A stretch of 64,000 nt of DNA, from positions 6,428 to 70,427 of the forward strand of contig CAMWLC010000004.1 in the NCBI GenBank assembly GCA_947174995.1. Reading direction: 5' to 3'. Below the pieces are notes generated by a model that was not told the origin of the DNA, made no database searches, and worked only from the letters and a program-made list of their open reading frames with translations. The DNA comes from an uncultured Porphyromonadaceae bacterium. Its GTDB lineage: Bacteria > Bacteroidota > Bacteroidia > Bacteroidales > Muribaculaceae. Both the position numbers and the translations under genes were made by a program. This document shows positions 7,827-16,257 of this stretch, one piece after another (within the stretch, counting starts at the first letter, position 1; each line of letters opens with the position of its first letter).

Positions 7827-10800
7827 ATGCCAAGATTCTACGCATTGTTGCTGACTCTGCTGATTTGCATATTCGGCGGATCCGAAGCATTGGCTTGGAA
7901 TGCCACTTACTATGCCAAGGCGGTGGCCAAGCCCTCAGACACCGGAGGAGGCAAGGTGTATGCCTCCGCCACGGCCGATGCTCCGGCCGATGACGCATAC
8001 GTTGACACCGAGTCCGTAGCGGAAAACAACGAGAAGAAAAACGGCAACAGCGGCAGTGCCCCTGCCACGGCCAACGTCACTTTCTATCTCTACGCGCAGC
8101 CCGACGAGGGCCAGATGCTCCATCACTGGGAGGATGAGACGGGAAAGAACGTGGGGTCAAACAATCCCCAGTCCGTCACAATCGCTGCCGCCAACGGCAA
8201 CGAGACCGATCCCACCACGATGGTTTATACCGCCTTCTTCAAGGAGGCTTCGGCTCTGCTCCTCTCCACGGATCAGCCCGAACTGGGCACCGTGGGCATA
8301 AGCAAGCTGGAGAACGGCCTGGGAGACACTGTCACCCTCACTGCAACGATAAAGTCGCAGTGTTCTTATCAGACTCCCAATCTGATGACCAAATTCGCCG
8401 GATGGTTTGACCAGGACGGCAACTGCCTCTCTACGGAAAAGAAATTTACCCTCACCATCACCGAAAAGATGAAAGTGAAGGGAGTGTTCGAGGTGCCCAA
8501 GCTCGAGGACGGCGGATATTACCGCATATTGAGCTTCACCGGACGTCCGATGACCGTAAACGGTAATTATTCATGGAACTTCACCAACGGCACCTCTCTC
8601 GACGGTATGCTGACATGGACCACTCCCCGGGGGTACGATTACAGCTATGCCCACAATGTACCCCTCTGGAGCTGTCTTGACGAGTATGAGGTGGAGACGA
8701 TGCCCTCGACCATCATCCGACTTACCGGAGAAGTGGATGGCGGCTCCATGACAAACGCCGTGGCACACTGCCAGGGCACGGACACCAAGACAATGACTGG
8801 CAAGGTGTTCACGATAGCTCCTCATCCGGCCTCACCTTCATATCTGCACATCACCAACGGAAACCTGGCGCTGAAGTACAAGCCGGGCACGAGCAAGGAT
8901 GTGGAGTTCCAGGGAAAGACCGTCTCCGCCCTCCAGGGTCTTGTGGAGGTCGGCAATTCCTCGGCTACCTCTCCCGGTCATGCCTACGAGATAATGGCCA
9001 TCCAGCCCCTGACGGAGGAGAATGTGGACGACTATTGGTTTGGCGTCCACCCCTCGGAGGAGACACTGTATGACGGCGGCTACTGGGCTTCGATGTACAC
9101 CTCGTTCCCGTACCGCTGCCATGAGCCGGATGGTGTGGAGGCCTATTACATCAAGTCGTGCAAGGCTACCGACGGCGTGAACTACGCCCATCTGACGAAA
9201 ATCGAGGATGGCATCGTGCCGGAATACTCCGCCGTGCTCCTGAAATGCAAGGGGCATGAGTCTTCGAAGCAGAACCGCCTTATACCCCTGAATGTGCCCG
9301 ACGGCACATATCCCGCGCTTGAGGGAAATATGCTTGTGGGAGAGTTCCAGCTCAGAAACGACAAGACCAAGCCGACATACGCCACGTTTGACTCCTCTAA
9401 GATGAGGGTGCTCAATGTGGACGAGGCCGGGAACGTGGGTTTCTACAATATAGCCGAAGGCACACAGCTCTCCGGCAACATGGCCTATCTCGACCTCTCC
9501 CTTATCCCCGCCGCGCAGCGCAATATGCCAATCCGCATTTCCGCATTGGCCGCCGATGAAAGCGCCGCAGCCAACGCCGCAGCCAACGCCGCAGGCTCCG
9601 AACCCTCGATCAAGGGTTATTTCCGCATACAGAACGTGGCGGAGACCGATGGCGACGCCGGATACATCAACGTCACGGGTCCCTTCACGGCACGCCCCGT
9701 GCTCGACCACGCGCAGGCCACCTCGGCGCCCGGCACGGTGATGTATGTAGAAGCCTATCCCGCTACCATCAATGGCAAGGCCTGCCACAAGATAATGCAC
9801 TTGCGCAGCCAGGGCATAGATCTCTTCGGCGAACCGGTGGATGATTTCATGACCCGCTTCGAGGATATCTTCACCAATACCACCGGAAACTCCAGTCTCC
9901 CCGAGGAACTGATGTGGTCGATGGTGCGCCATGGATTCACTGACGGTTACACCTCCGTGGCCCGTGTGGCCCTTGAGGGTATGTTCGTGATGGTCGCTTC
10001 AAGACTCGCCGACGAGATGGATGAAGTGACCTCCGAGGAAATGGAGGATTTCGCAAAGCGCTTCGCTACCGAAGTGGCCGACAAGATCAACCTCAACTTC
10101 TATCTCGAGCCTGCATCGGACGGATCTTTCCATATATTCTACGATATGCCCACGATGGACATAGTGAGCGAATGGTATCTCAAGGATGAGAATAAGACGC
10201 TTCTCGAATATGGCATGGAGGGTCTGCGCCGCTATTTCGCCGGCAAGACTGACATTGGATCCACGGGCGAGACGTTCACATCTTCGGAAGTGGCCGAGAT
10301 GAAAGGTTGGGGTTATGACATCACGGCTTACTATCCCGCCAATGCCGAGGGAGAGGTGGAATCGAGCTACGAGGCCATCTTCGCCGATCCGACACTTCTC
10401 TTCAACTGGCTTAAGCTCAGCATAATCAAATTTACCGACCCGGAGCGCTGCCCGGATATCGAAATCAAGGGTATGTCCCTGCGCAGCATGGCACAGGCCC
10501 TCAACAGCCATCAACTGACCTCCATGATGATAGGTTATCTTCCCGATATACAGCCCGGAGGAAGATATTACATCACCAACGGAAAGGGAAGCAATACCGC
10601 CGGCCTGCTCGATTTCTCCAATCAGGAGCATCTCGACGGTATGGACGGTTATGGCAAATGGCTCTTCAAGCCCGTCACGGCTGAGGATGACGCATACTTC
10701 TGCGTGCAGGGTGTGGGAGAGCAGGATGAGCTTCACTACGCCGCCGTATATCTTGACTTCCCGGTAGTCGCTGCCGATGCCTCCGCCACGAAGCTGTATA

Positions 10801-11486
10801 CTCTTTCGGAATCCCCGCTGACAGTAACGGTCAACGGTGTTGACATCGAATATTATGACCTCGTGGAGTTCGCGGAGGGAGAGGCTGTGGCCGCGCAGAC
10901 ACCGATGATCGTGGAGATGACCACGGCCGTCGCCTCCGCCCACCGTCTCGTGCCCGATTGCGAACTGGTATGGAACCCCGGTGCGACAGCTCCCGAGGAG
11001 CCGGAGGATCCGGAAGACCCGACGACAAATGAAGTGAAGATACCCGTGAGCAACACCGAAGTGGCCGGACCGCAGCGCATACGCCGCCGGGCCGCGGGTG
11101 AGACAACGGATTTCACCGGTGTGCTTCTTGACACACCCATCTCGCCCGAGGGATTCGCATTGCGCTGGAACAAGGAATACAGCCCGATGAAGAATCCCGT
11201 GCATGTGCTCCGCACCAACGCTCTGGCCGGTACGCAGTCAGGCATCTGGTTTGAGAAGAAGACCTCCGGCACGCTCCCGGCCAATACCGCCGTGCTGATG
11301 CAGCCCACCTCCGCCATCAATGCCTTCAAGGTGGGAGAGCCTGTGCCTGACAATGAGACACTCGTCATCGGCACCGAGTCAGAGAACACCGAGGATGTGA
11401 TCTATGATCTCCGCGGCATGAGGGTGTCTAATCCGGTCAGCGGATGTATCTACATCGTCAACGGGAAGAAAGTGCTTGTAAAGTAA
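7827..11486 (+). CDS. Large secreted protein of unknown function with a T9SS C-terminal sorting domain
   Basis: The first ATG gives the signal peptide MPRFYALLLTLLICIFGGSEALA. The last ~30 aa (DVIYDLRGMRVSNPVSGCIYIVNGKKVLVK) match the T9SS CTD pattern. No catalytic motif was recognised. Confidence 0.6.
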   Translation: MPRFYALLLTLLICIFGGSEALAWNATYYAKAVAKPSDTGGGKVYASATADAPADDAYVDTESVAENNEKKNGNSGSAPATANVTFYLYAQPDEGQMLHHWEDETGKNVGSNNPQSVTIAAANGNETDPTTMVYTAFFKEASALLLSTDQPELGTVGISKLENGLGDTVTLTATIKSQCSYQTPNLMTKFAGWFDQDGNCLSTEKKFTLTITEKMKVKGVFEVPKLEDGGYYRILSFTGRPMTVNGNYSWNFTNGTSLDGMLTWTTPRGYDYSYAHNVPLWSCLDEYEVETMPSTIIRLTGEVDGGSMTNAVAHCQGTDTKTMTGKVFTIAPHPASPSYLHITNGNLALKYKPGTSKDVEFQGKTVSALQGLVEVGNSSATSPGHAYEIMAIQPLTEENVDDYWFGVHPSEETLYDGGYWASMYTSFPYRCHEPDGVEAYYIKSCKATDGVNYAHLTKIEDGIVPEYSAVLLKCKGHESSKQNRLIPLNVPDGTYPALEGNMLVGEFQLRNDKTKPTYATFDSSKMRVLNVDEAGNVGFYNIAEGTQLSGNMAYLDLSLIPAAQRNMPIRISALAADESAAANAAANAAGSEPSIKGYFRIQNVAETDGDAGYINVTGPFTARPVLDHAQATSAPGTVMYVEAYPATINGKACHKIMHLRSQGIDLFGEPVDDFMTRFEDIFTNTTGNSSLPEELMWSMVRHGFTDGYTSVARVALEGMFVMVASRLADEMDEVTSEEMEDFAKRFATEVADKINLNFYLEPASDGSFHIFYDMPTMDIVSEWYLKDENKTLLEYGMEGLRRYFAGKTDIGSTGETFTSSEVAEMKGWGYDITAYYPANAEGEVESSYEAIFADPTLLFNWLKLSIIKFTDPERCPDIEIKGMSLRSMAQALNSHQLTSMMIGYLPDIQPGGRYYITNGKGSNTAGLLDFSNQEHLDGMDGYGKWLFKPVTAEDDAYFCVQGVGEQDELHYAAVYLDFPVVAADASATKLYTLSESPLTVTVNGVDIEYYDLVEFAEGEAVAAQTPMIVEMTTAVASAHRLVPDCELVWNPGATAPEEPEDPEDPTTNEVKIPVSNTEVAGPQRIRRRAAGETTDFTGVLLDTPISPEGFALRWNKEYSPMKNPVHVLRTNALAGTQSGIWFEKKTSGTLPANTAVLMQPTSAINAFKVGEPVPDNETLVIGTESENTEDVIYDLRGMRVSNPVSGCIYIVNGKKVLVK

Positions 11487-11507
11487 CCTGAATTAATTCT
11501 ATATGAC

Positions 11508-11543
11508 GAGGGGCAGTCCGTGTGGAAAACGGGACTGCCCCTC
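11508..11543 (+). terminator. Hairpin after the large T9SS cargo gene
   Basis: GAGGGGCAGTCC-12 nt-GGACTGCCCCTC forms a 12-bp stem with no clear T tract. Confidence 0.45.
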
Positions 11544-11571
11544 ATCATGAAATGGTTTGCATATACTTTAT

Positions 11572-12744
11572 ATGAAACAATATCTTGCAATTCTTGCTTT
11601 GATGGTTGCCGGTGTAATTCGGCTGTGTGCGGAAACCGCCCTCTCCGATCCGAGGCTGCGCGATGACTTCGTGACGGCCTCTCTGCTAATGGTGACTCCC
11701 GGCGAGAGGGTGTATCAGGCTTTCGGACATGCCGCCATACGTATGGAGTGCCCATCCGAAGGTCTGGACTATGTGTTCACGTTTGAGTCGGGCGTCGGCC
11801 CGAATCTCCCGGCGGAATTTGCCCGTGGAATGGATGCCCGCTTCATTGCAGTGGAGACACCGGAGTTTATTGACGGCTTCAGAAAGGAGGGAAGAGGTAT
11901 TTATTCATACAGGCTCAATCTCTCTCCGGTGCAGAAGCAGGAGCTCTGGAGAGTGCTTGACGAACGGCTTCAGTCGGAGATGCTCGATATTGACATCAGA
12001 CGCACCAACTGTCTGAGCTCTCTTTTCGCGGCAGTGCAGGAGGCTGCGGAGGAGGAGGCCGTGGATGTGAGAGGGTCGGAAATAGCCGGGATGAGCAACG
12101 GGGAATATTTCGAGGTGCTTACGGGGGAGAATTATCCGTGGGCCGAACTTCTGTTCAAGTCCTTGTACGGGGCTCAGAGCGATGAATGTGATGAGGTGCT
12201 GGTGAGGACCTCTCCGGTGTCGTTCATGCGTGAGCATGACAGATTCAGGATCGGTGACCGCAGGCTCACTGAAGATTCCACTGTGCTCTTGAAGGAGAGA
12301 AAAACCGGCAGCGCCGGAGCCGTCACACCCGTGGCGGTGTGCATCGTGCTCGCGGCGCTGCTTATGTTGTCGGCTATTCTGAGAGTATCCGGGCGATGGC
12401 GTACCCTCAGGATTGCAATGGAAACGGTGGCTTTGACGATTATCGCGGCCGCCGGGTGTCTGGAAATGTTCTTGACCCTCTTTCCCTGGCGCATAGGTTC
12501 TGCATGGAGCTGGTCATACTTGGTGTGCAATCCTGTAGCTCCGGCTCTGCTTCTGCTGTTCAGACACAGACGGAAGGCTTACATGGGCACACTTCTCGCA
12601 TGGGGCTCGCTCTGTATGATTTATGCACTTTTCGGGAGGATGATTACCTCGGAAGCTACGGATGCCGTACGTATCCTCGCGCTCGCAATCGGTATATGGG
12701 GCCTCGCGTCAGCTCTTGTTGCCCGAAGGAGAAGGAGCTGCTGA
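11572..12744 (+). CDS. DUF4105-like (Lnb N-terminal domain) membrane protein
   Basis: The start is taken at MKQYLAILALMV. The motif LMVTPGERVYQAFGHAAIRM resembles DUF4105. The C-terminal third contains several TM helices. Confidence 0.45.
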   Translation: MKQYLAILALMVAGVIRLCAETALSDPRLRDDFVTASLLMVTPGERVYQAFGHAAIRMECPSEGLDYVFTFESGVGPNLPAEFARGMDARFIAVETPEFIDGFRKEGRGIYSYRLNLSPVQKQELWRVLDERLQSEMLDIDIRRTNCLSSLFAAVQEAAEEEAVDVRGSEIAGMSNGEYFEVLTGENYPWAELLFKSLYGAQSDECDEVLVRTSPVSFMREHDRFRIGDRRLTEDSTVLLKERKTGSAGAVTPVAVCIVLAALLMLSAILRVSGRWRTLRIAMETVALTIIAAAGCLEMFLTLFPWRIGSAWSWSYLVCNPVAPALLLLFRHRRKAYMGTLLAWGSLCMIYALFGRMITSEATDAVRILALAIGIWGLASALVARRRRSC

Positions 12745-14280
12745 TTTGCCGGAGAAGGGATCGTCAGGTGACGGAGCCTTGAAACCGTTGGCCTTGGCAT
12801 TGGCCGCCGAACCGGGATCCGAGGGGTCGGACGACTGATTGTTGAAGAAGGGATAGGGGAGACCGAAGGCCGTTGCCGGGTTGTCACTTCGGCACATATA
12901 TCCCTCAAGAATGGTGTCGCGTCCCGTGTTGGACTCGAATACATAGAGGTTGAAGCGGTAAAGCATCACGGCTATGTGCTCGAATATGGCGGCCTGTATG
13001 GCCTCGTAGGGGAACCATGATGATGTGTTGGTGAACGCATACACCTGGAGGGGGATACCCTGCGCGGTCTGCGGGAGAGTGGTTATGAAGTTGTCGCTGT
13101 CATGGGCTATATGCTGACTGGCGTTGAGATACAGCTGGAGATATGCGCGGAAGACTCCGAGGTTGGATTCGATAGAACCGTTGACCAAGCCTGCCGGATT
13201 GTTGACATCCTCCGTCTGTCCGGCATCACGCTGCTGGATTTTCTTTTCGATCCATTCCTTCAGCAGGGGTAGCTTGGCATATTCGGCCAGCATCTCGTCG
13301 GTGGTGGGAACGACGCTGTCCGAATCGATGAGATAGCTGCGCTGTATGCGGCGTGTCATCGACTGCTGCATGGTGCGGTAGTTGGTGAATGACCCGCTGA
13401 CGAGAGTGTAAGGGGGAACCATGGTTGTGGTCTTGTCCCAGTTCTGGATCTTAACTGCCGTGAGGCTGACCTCGGTGACGGTGCCGTTGGCATCCGTGCC
13501 GGCCACCTTGATCCAGTCTCCGACATGGAGGGAATCGTTTTCGGCGAGCTGCACTCCGGCCACGACCCCGAGTATGCTGTCCTTGAAGACAAGCATCAGC
13601 ACTGCAGCGAAAGCACCGAGGCCTGCAAGCAGCGAGCCGGGAGATTTGTTGACGAGCACCGCCACGGTGATTATGATGGCTATGATCCAGAGAACGCCCT
13701 GGATTAGCTGCACGAGACCTTTGAGGGGGAGATGACGCTTGTTGCGGCGCTCATCCACCTGACGCCATATCACCGACAGCAGCACGGACAAAGCGCGGGT
13801 GACCACGAAAACGAGATATATCACCGTGATGCGCGTGAACCATGTGGCGATGGATGCATGGTTGTTGAGAGTGAACTGAATGAAAATCAGAAACACGATG
13901 GGGGGTACGATGCGGCAGGTGCGCGAGAAGAACTTTGCATCTGTCAGATACTGGAAAAATTGGGTCTTCCAATGGCGCTTCCATACGCGTACAATAAGGA
14001 GTATGATCCACTGGGCCACGGTGCCGATGCCCCAGGCGATGGCGAACACCGCGATGGCGTATGTCCACAAGAAGAGAGTTTCATCTCCCCCCATACCGAT
14101 AAGGTTGAGCAGCCACTCAACGATTTTCATCACCCAGCGGGCGAGGAAATATGTGTTTTCTTCGGTACGTGTTCCGAACATTGCCGAAGGGAGGGCCTTT
14201 GCAGCATCCTCGGCGATATGAGCGCCGGTCTGTACCGCAGGAGCCGAAAGCAAAGAGAGAAGGATGGAATTCAAAGTCAT
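12709..14280 (-). CDS. Mechanosensitive ion channel (MscS family) protein
   Basis: 523 aa with multiple TM helices followed by LHVGDWIKV..GTVTEVSLTAVKIQNWDKTTTMVPPY, the MscS beta-domain signature. Confidence 0.8.
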   Translation of the reverse strand: MTLNSILLSLLSAPAVQTGAHIAEDAAKALPSAMFGTRTEENTYFLARWVMKIVEWLLNLIGMGGDETLFLWTYAIAVFAIAWGIGTVAQWIILLIVRVWKRHWKTQFFQYLTDAKFFSRTCRIVPPIVFLIFIQFTLNNHASIATWFTRITVIYLVFVVTRALSVLLSVIWRQVDERRNKRHLPLKGLVQLIQGVLWIIAIIITVAVLVNKSPGSLLAGLGAFAAVLMLVFKDSILGVVAGVQLAENDSLHVGDWIKVAGTDANGTVTEVSLTAVKIQNWDKTTTMVPPYTLVSGSFTNYRTMQQSMTRRIQRSYLIDSDSVVPTTDEMLAEYAKLPLLKEWIEKKIQQRDAGQTEDVNNPAGLVNGSIESNLGVFRAYLQLYLNASQHIAHDSDNFITTLPQTAQGIPLQVYAFTNTSSWFPYEAIQAAIFEHIAVMLYRFNLYVFESNTGRDTILEGYMCRSDNPATAFGLPYPFFNNQSSDPSDPGSAANAKANGFKAPSPDDPFSGKSAAPSPSGNKS

Positions 14281-14719
14281 ATATGGCGTAATTTTAAGTT
14301 TTCAGGGGGAATCTGTGATATTATGTTAAAATTTGTGGAGAAATATCTCACAATGTATAGACAATGAATACCGTTATAAAGTTCGATAGTGATAATAATT
14401 GCCGGGAAAGAGGGAAGAGCAGGTGTGCAAGTGGCTGAGGAGGACACGGTTAAAATAACGTTAACATCCTTTAACACTTAGTGGAGCCGATAAATTGCAC
14501 ACACTTCGGAAGCGTGTGCAGGGGAATAAAAAATATTTCAAAAAAGTTACAAAGCGCAAATTATTGATAATCATGGTGTTATCAATAAGATTCGCTTGAT
14601 ATGAATGAATTTGAGAAAATTTAACGTGCTGATTATTTGGATATAGTCAAGAAAAGATATACCTTTGAGCAGTCAAAAAGAGCATAATATTAAAAAATCT
14701 TAAGAAGAGATATATAGTC

Positions 14720-15187
14720 ATGGAGCAGACACTTGTCATCCTTAAGCCATCGGCAGTGGAGCGTTGCCTTATCGGCGAAATCATCACCCGTATCCAGAAT
14801 CGCGGACTCATCATCACCGGTATGAAGATGATGCAGCTTGACGAGGCAATACTGCGCGAGCATTACGCACATCTGGTTGACAAGCCCTTCTTCCCCTCAA
14901 TCGTGAAGTCGATGACGGCATCTCCGGTGATCGTGATGGTGCTCAAGGGAGTGGAAGTCGTGGAGGTGTTCCGCGCCATGACGGGAGTGACCAACGGTCG
15001 CAAGGCGGCTCCCGGCACTCTGCGCGGCGACTTCTGCATGAGCGGTCAGGCCAACATCGTGCATGCTTCCGACTCGGTGGAGAACGCCCTCATAGAGATA
15101 GCGCGCTTCTTCAAGCCCGAAGAGGTGTTTGACTATACTCCTGCCAACATCGATTTCCTCTACGGAGATGACGAGCAGAAGCAGTAA
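14720..15187 (+). CDS. ndk: Nucleoside-diphosphate kinase
   Basis: 155 aa with the TLVILKPSAV, FFPSIV, GTLRGDF and NIVHASDS motifs. Confidence 0.9.
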   Translation: MEQTLVILKPSAVERCLIGEIITRIQNRGLIITGMKMMQLDEAILREHYAHLVDKPFFPSIVKSMTASPVIVMVLKGVEVVEVFRAMTGVTNGRKAAPGTLRGDFCMSGQANIVHASDSVENALIEIARFFKPEEVFDYTPANIDFLYGDDEQKQ

Positions 15188-15233
15188 TGATTCAACCGAA
15201 AGAGAGTAATACTGAAAGACTCGAAAACAAGAG

Positions 15234-16181
15234 ATGGAAATACTTAATAAAATCATCATAGCCGGGGGCATAGCACTCCTCACAATGGGAGCGGGCGTTG
15301 CAGACGCACAGACGGTATCCTCCCGTAAGTCACACAGCGCCGTTCACAAGGAGCTTCTCGCGAAGCAGAACTCCGGCAAGGAGCAGATCCGCCTCATCGA
15401 GAACAATACGTTCATCGATCTGATCGAGGATCTTGAGCCCGAGCTTGACATCTACACCGAGGGCTGGAACTCCAAGCGCGTCAATCCCTTCAGCGAGGCT
15501 GATGTCCCCGCAAGCGCGGTGATTGATGTGACGGGCTACCACATGCCCCATCCCGCATGCCGCGTGACTTCCAATTACGGCTATCGCGCCAAATTCGGAC
15601 GTATGCACAAGGGCGTTGACCTCGGCATCAAGAGCAACGACACCATTTACGCCGCTTTCGACGGAAAGGTGCGTCTGACGGCTTACGAGGCGAAGGGATA
15701 TGGCAACTACGTCATCATGCGCCATCCCAACGGTCTTGAGACCGTCTACGGCCACCTCAACAAGGCTCTCGTGAAGCCCGACCAGGTGGTGCGTGCCGGC
15801 CAGCCTATCGGTCTGGGTGGCTCCACCGGGCGAAGCACAGGGCCTCATCTCCATTTCGAGACCCGCTTCATGGGATATGCCATCAATCCGGCTGCCATCT
15901 TCGATTTCGCCAACAAGACCACTCACACCGATACCTACACCTTCTCCAAAAAGACTTACCAGCAGCCGCGCAATTATGCTCCGTCGCGTCAGCCCTCCAA
16001 GTCTGAAGGTGGCAACACATATCGTGCGGGAGCCGATGTCGACACCTACACCGTCAAGAAGGGTGACACGCTCTCATCGATAGCCAAGGCTTACGGTCTC
16101 TCGGCCACCACGCTCCGCAAACTCAACAATCTCGGTTCCTCATCCACAATCCGCGTAGGACAGGAACTTAAGCTGAAATAA
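15234..16181 (+). CDS. M23 family metallopeptidase with C-terminal LysM domain
   Basis: HKGVDLG, GYGNYVIMRHPNGLETVYGHL and GSTGRSTGPHLHFE are M23 motifs. YTVKKGDTLSSIAKAYGL...IRVGQELKL is LysM. Confidence 0.85.
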   Translation: MEILNKIIIAGGIALLTMGAGVADAQTVSSRKSHSAVHKELLAKQNSGKEQIRLIENNTFIDLIEDLEPELDIYTEGWNSKRVNPFSEADVPASAVIDVTGYHMPHPACRVTSNYGYRAKFGRMHKGVDLGIKSNDTIYAAFDGKVRLTAYEAKGYGNYVIMRHPNGLETVYGHLNKALVKPDQVVRAGQPIGLGGSTGRSTGPHLHFETRFMGYAINPAAIFDFANKTTHTDTYTFSKKTYQQPRNYAPSRQPSKSEGGNTYRAGADVDTYTVKKGDTLSSIAKAYGLSATTLRKLNNLGSSSTIRVGQELKLK

Positions 16182-16200
16182 AATTTGTACCAGCCAAATA

Positions 16201-16245
16201 AAAATCGCGGGCGTTACGAAATAGTCGTAACGCCCGCGATTTTTA
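16201..16245. terminator. Bidirectional terminator between convergent genes
   Basis: AAAATCGCGGGCGTTACG-loop-CGTAACGCCCGCGATTTT, with A and T runs on either side. Confidence 0.85.
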
Positions 16246-16257
16246 TTTGCCTGCGTC

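Noticed and set aside
8838-11204. 364-aa and 401-aa ORFs antisense to the large T9SS cargo gene. Similar cases are 39821-40972, 41318-42061, 46046-47266, 54509-55591 and 59392-60180.
   Set aside because: All lie inside longer sense ORFs that have signal peptides or recognisable family motifs. None has a start context or motif of its own.
14277-14477. 66-aa ORF in the mscS/ndk intergenic region
   Set aside because: It lies in AT-rich promoter DNA, has no start context or recognisable features, and overlaps the mscS start codon.
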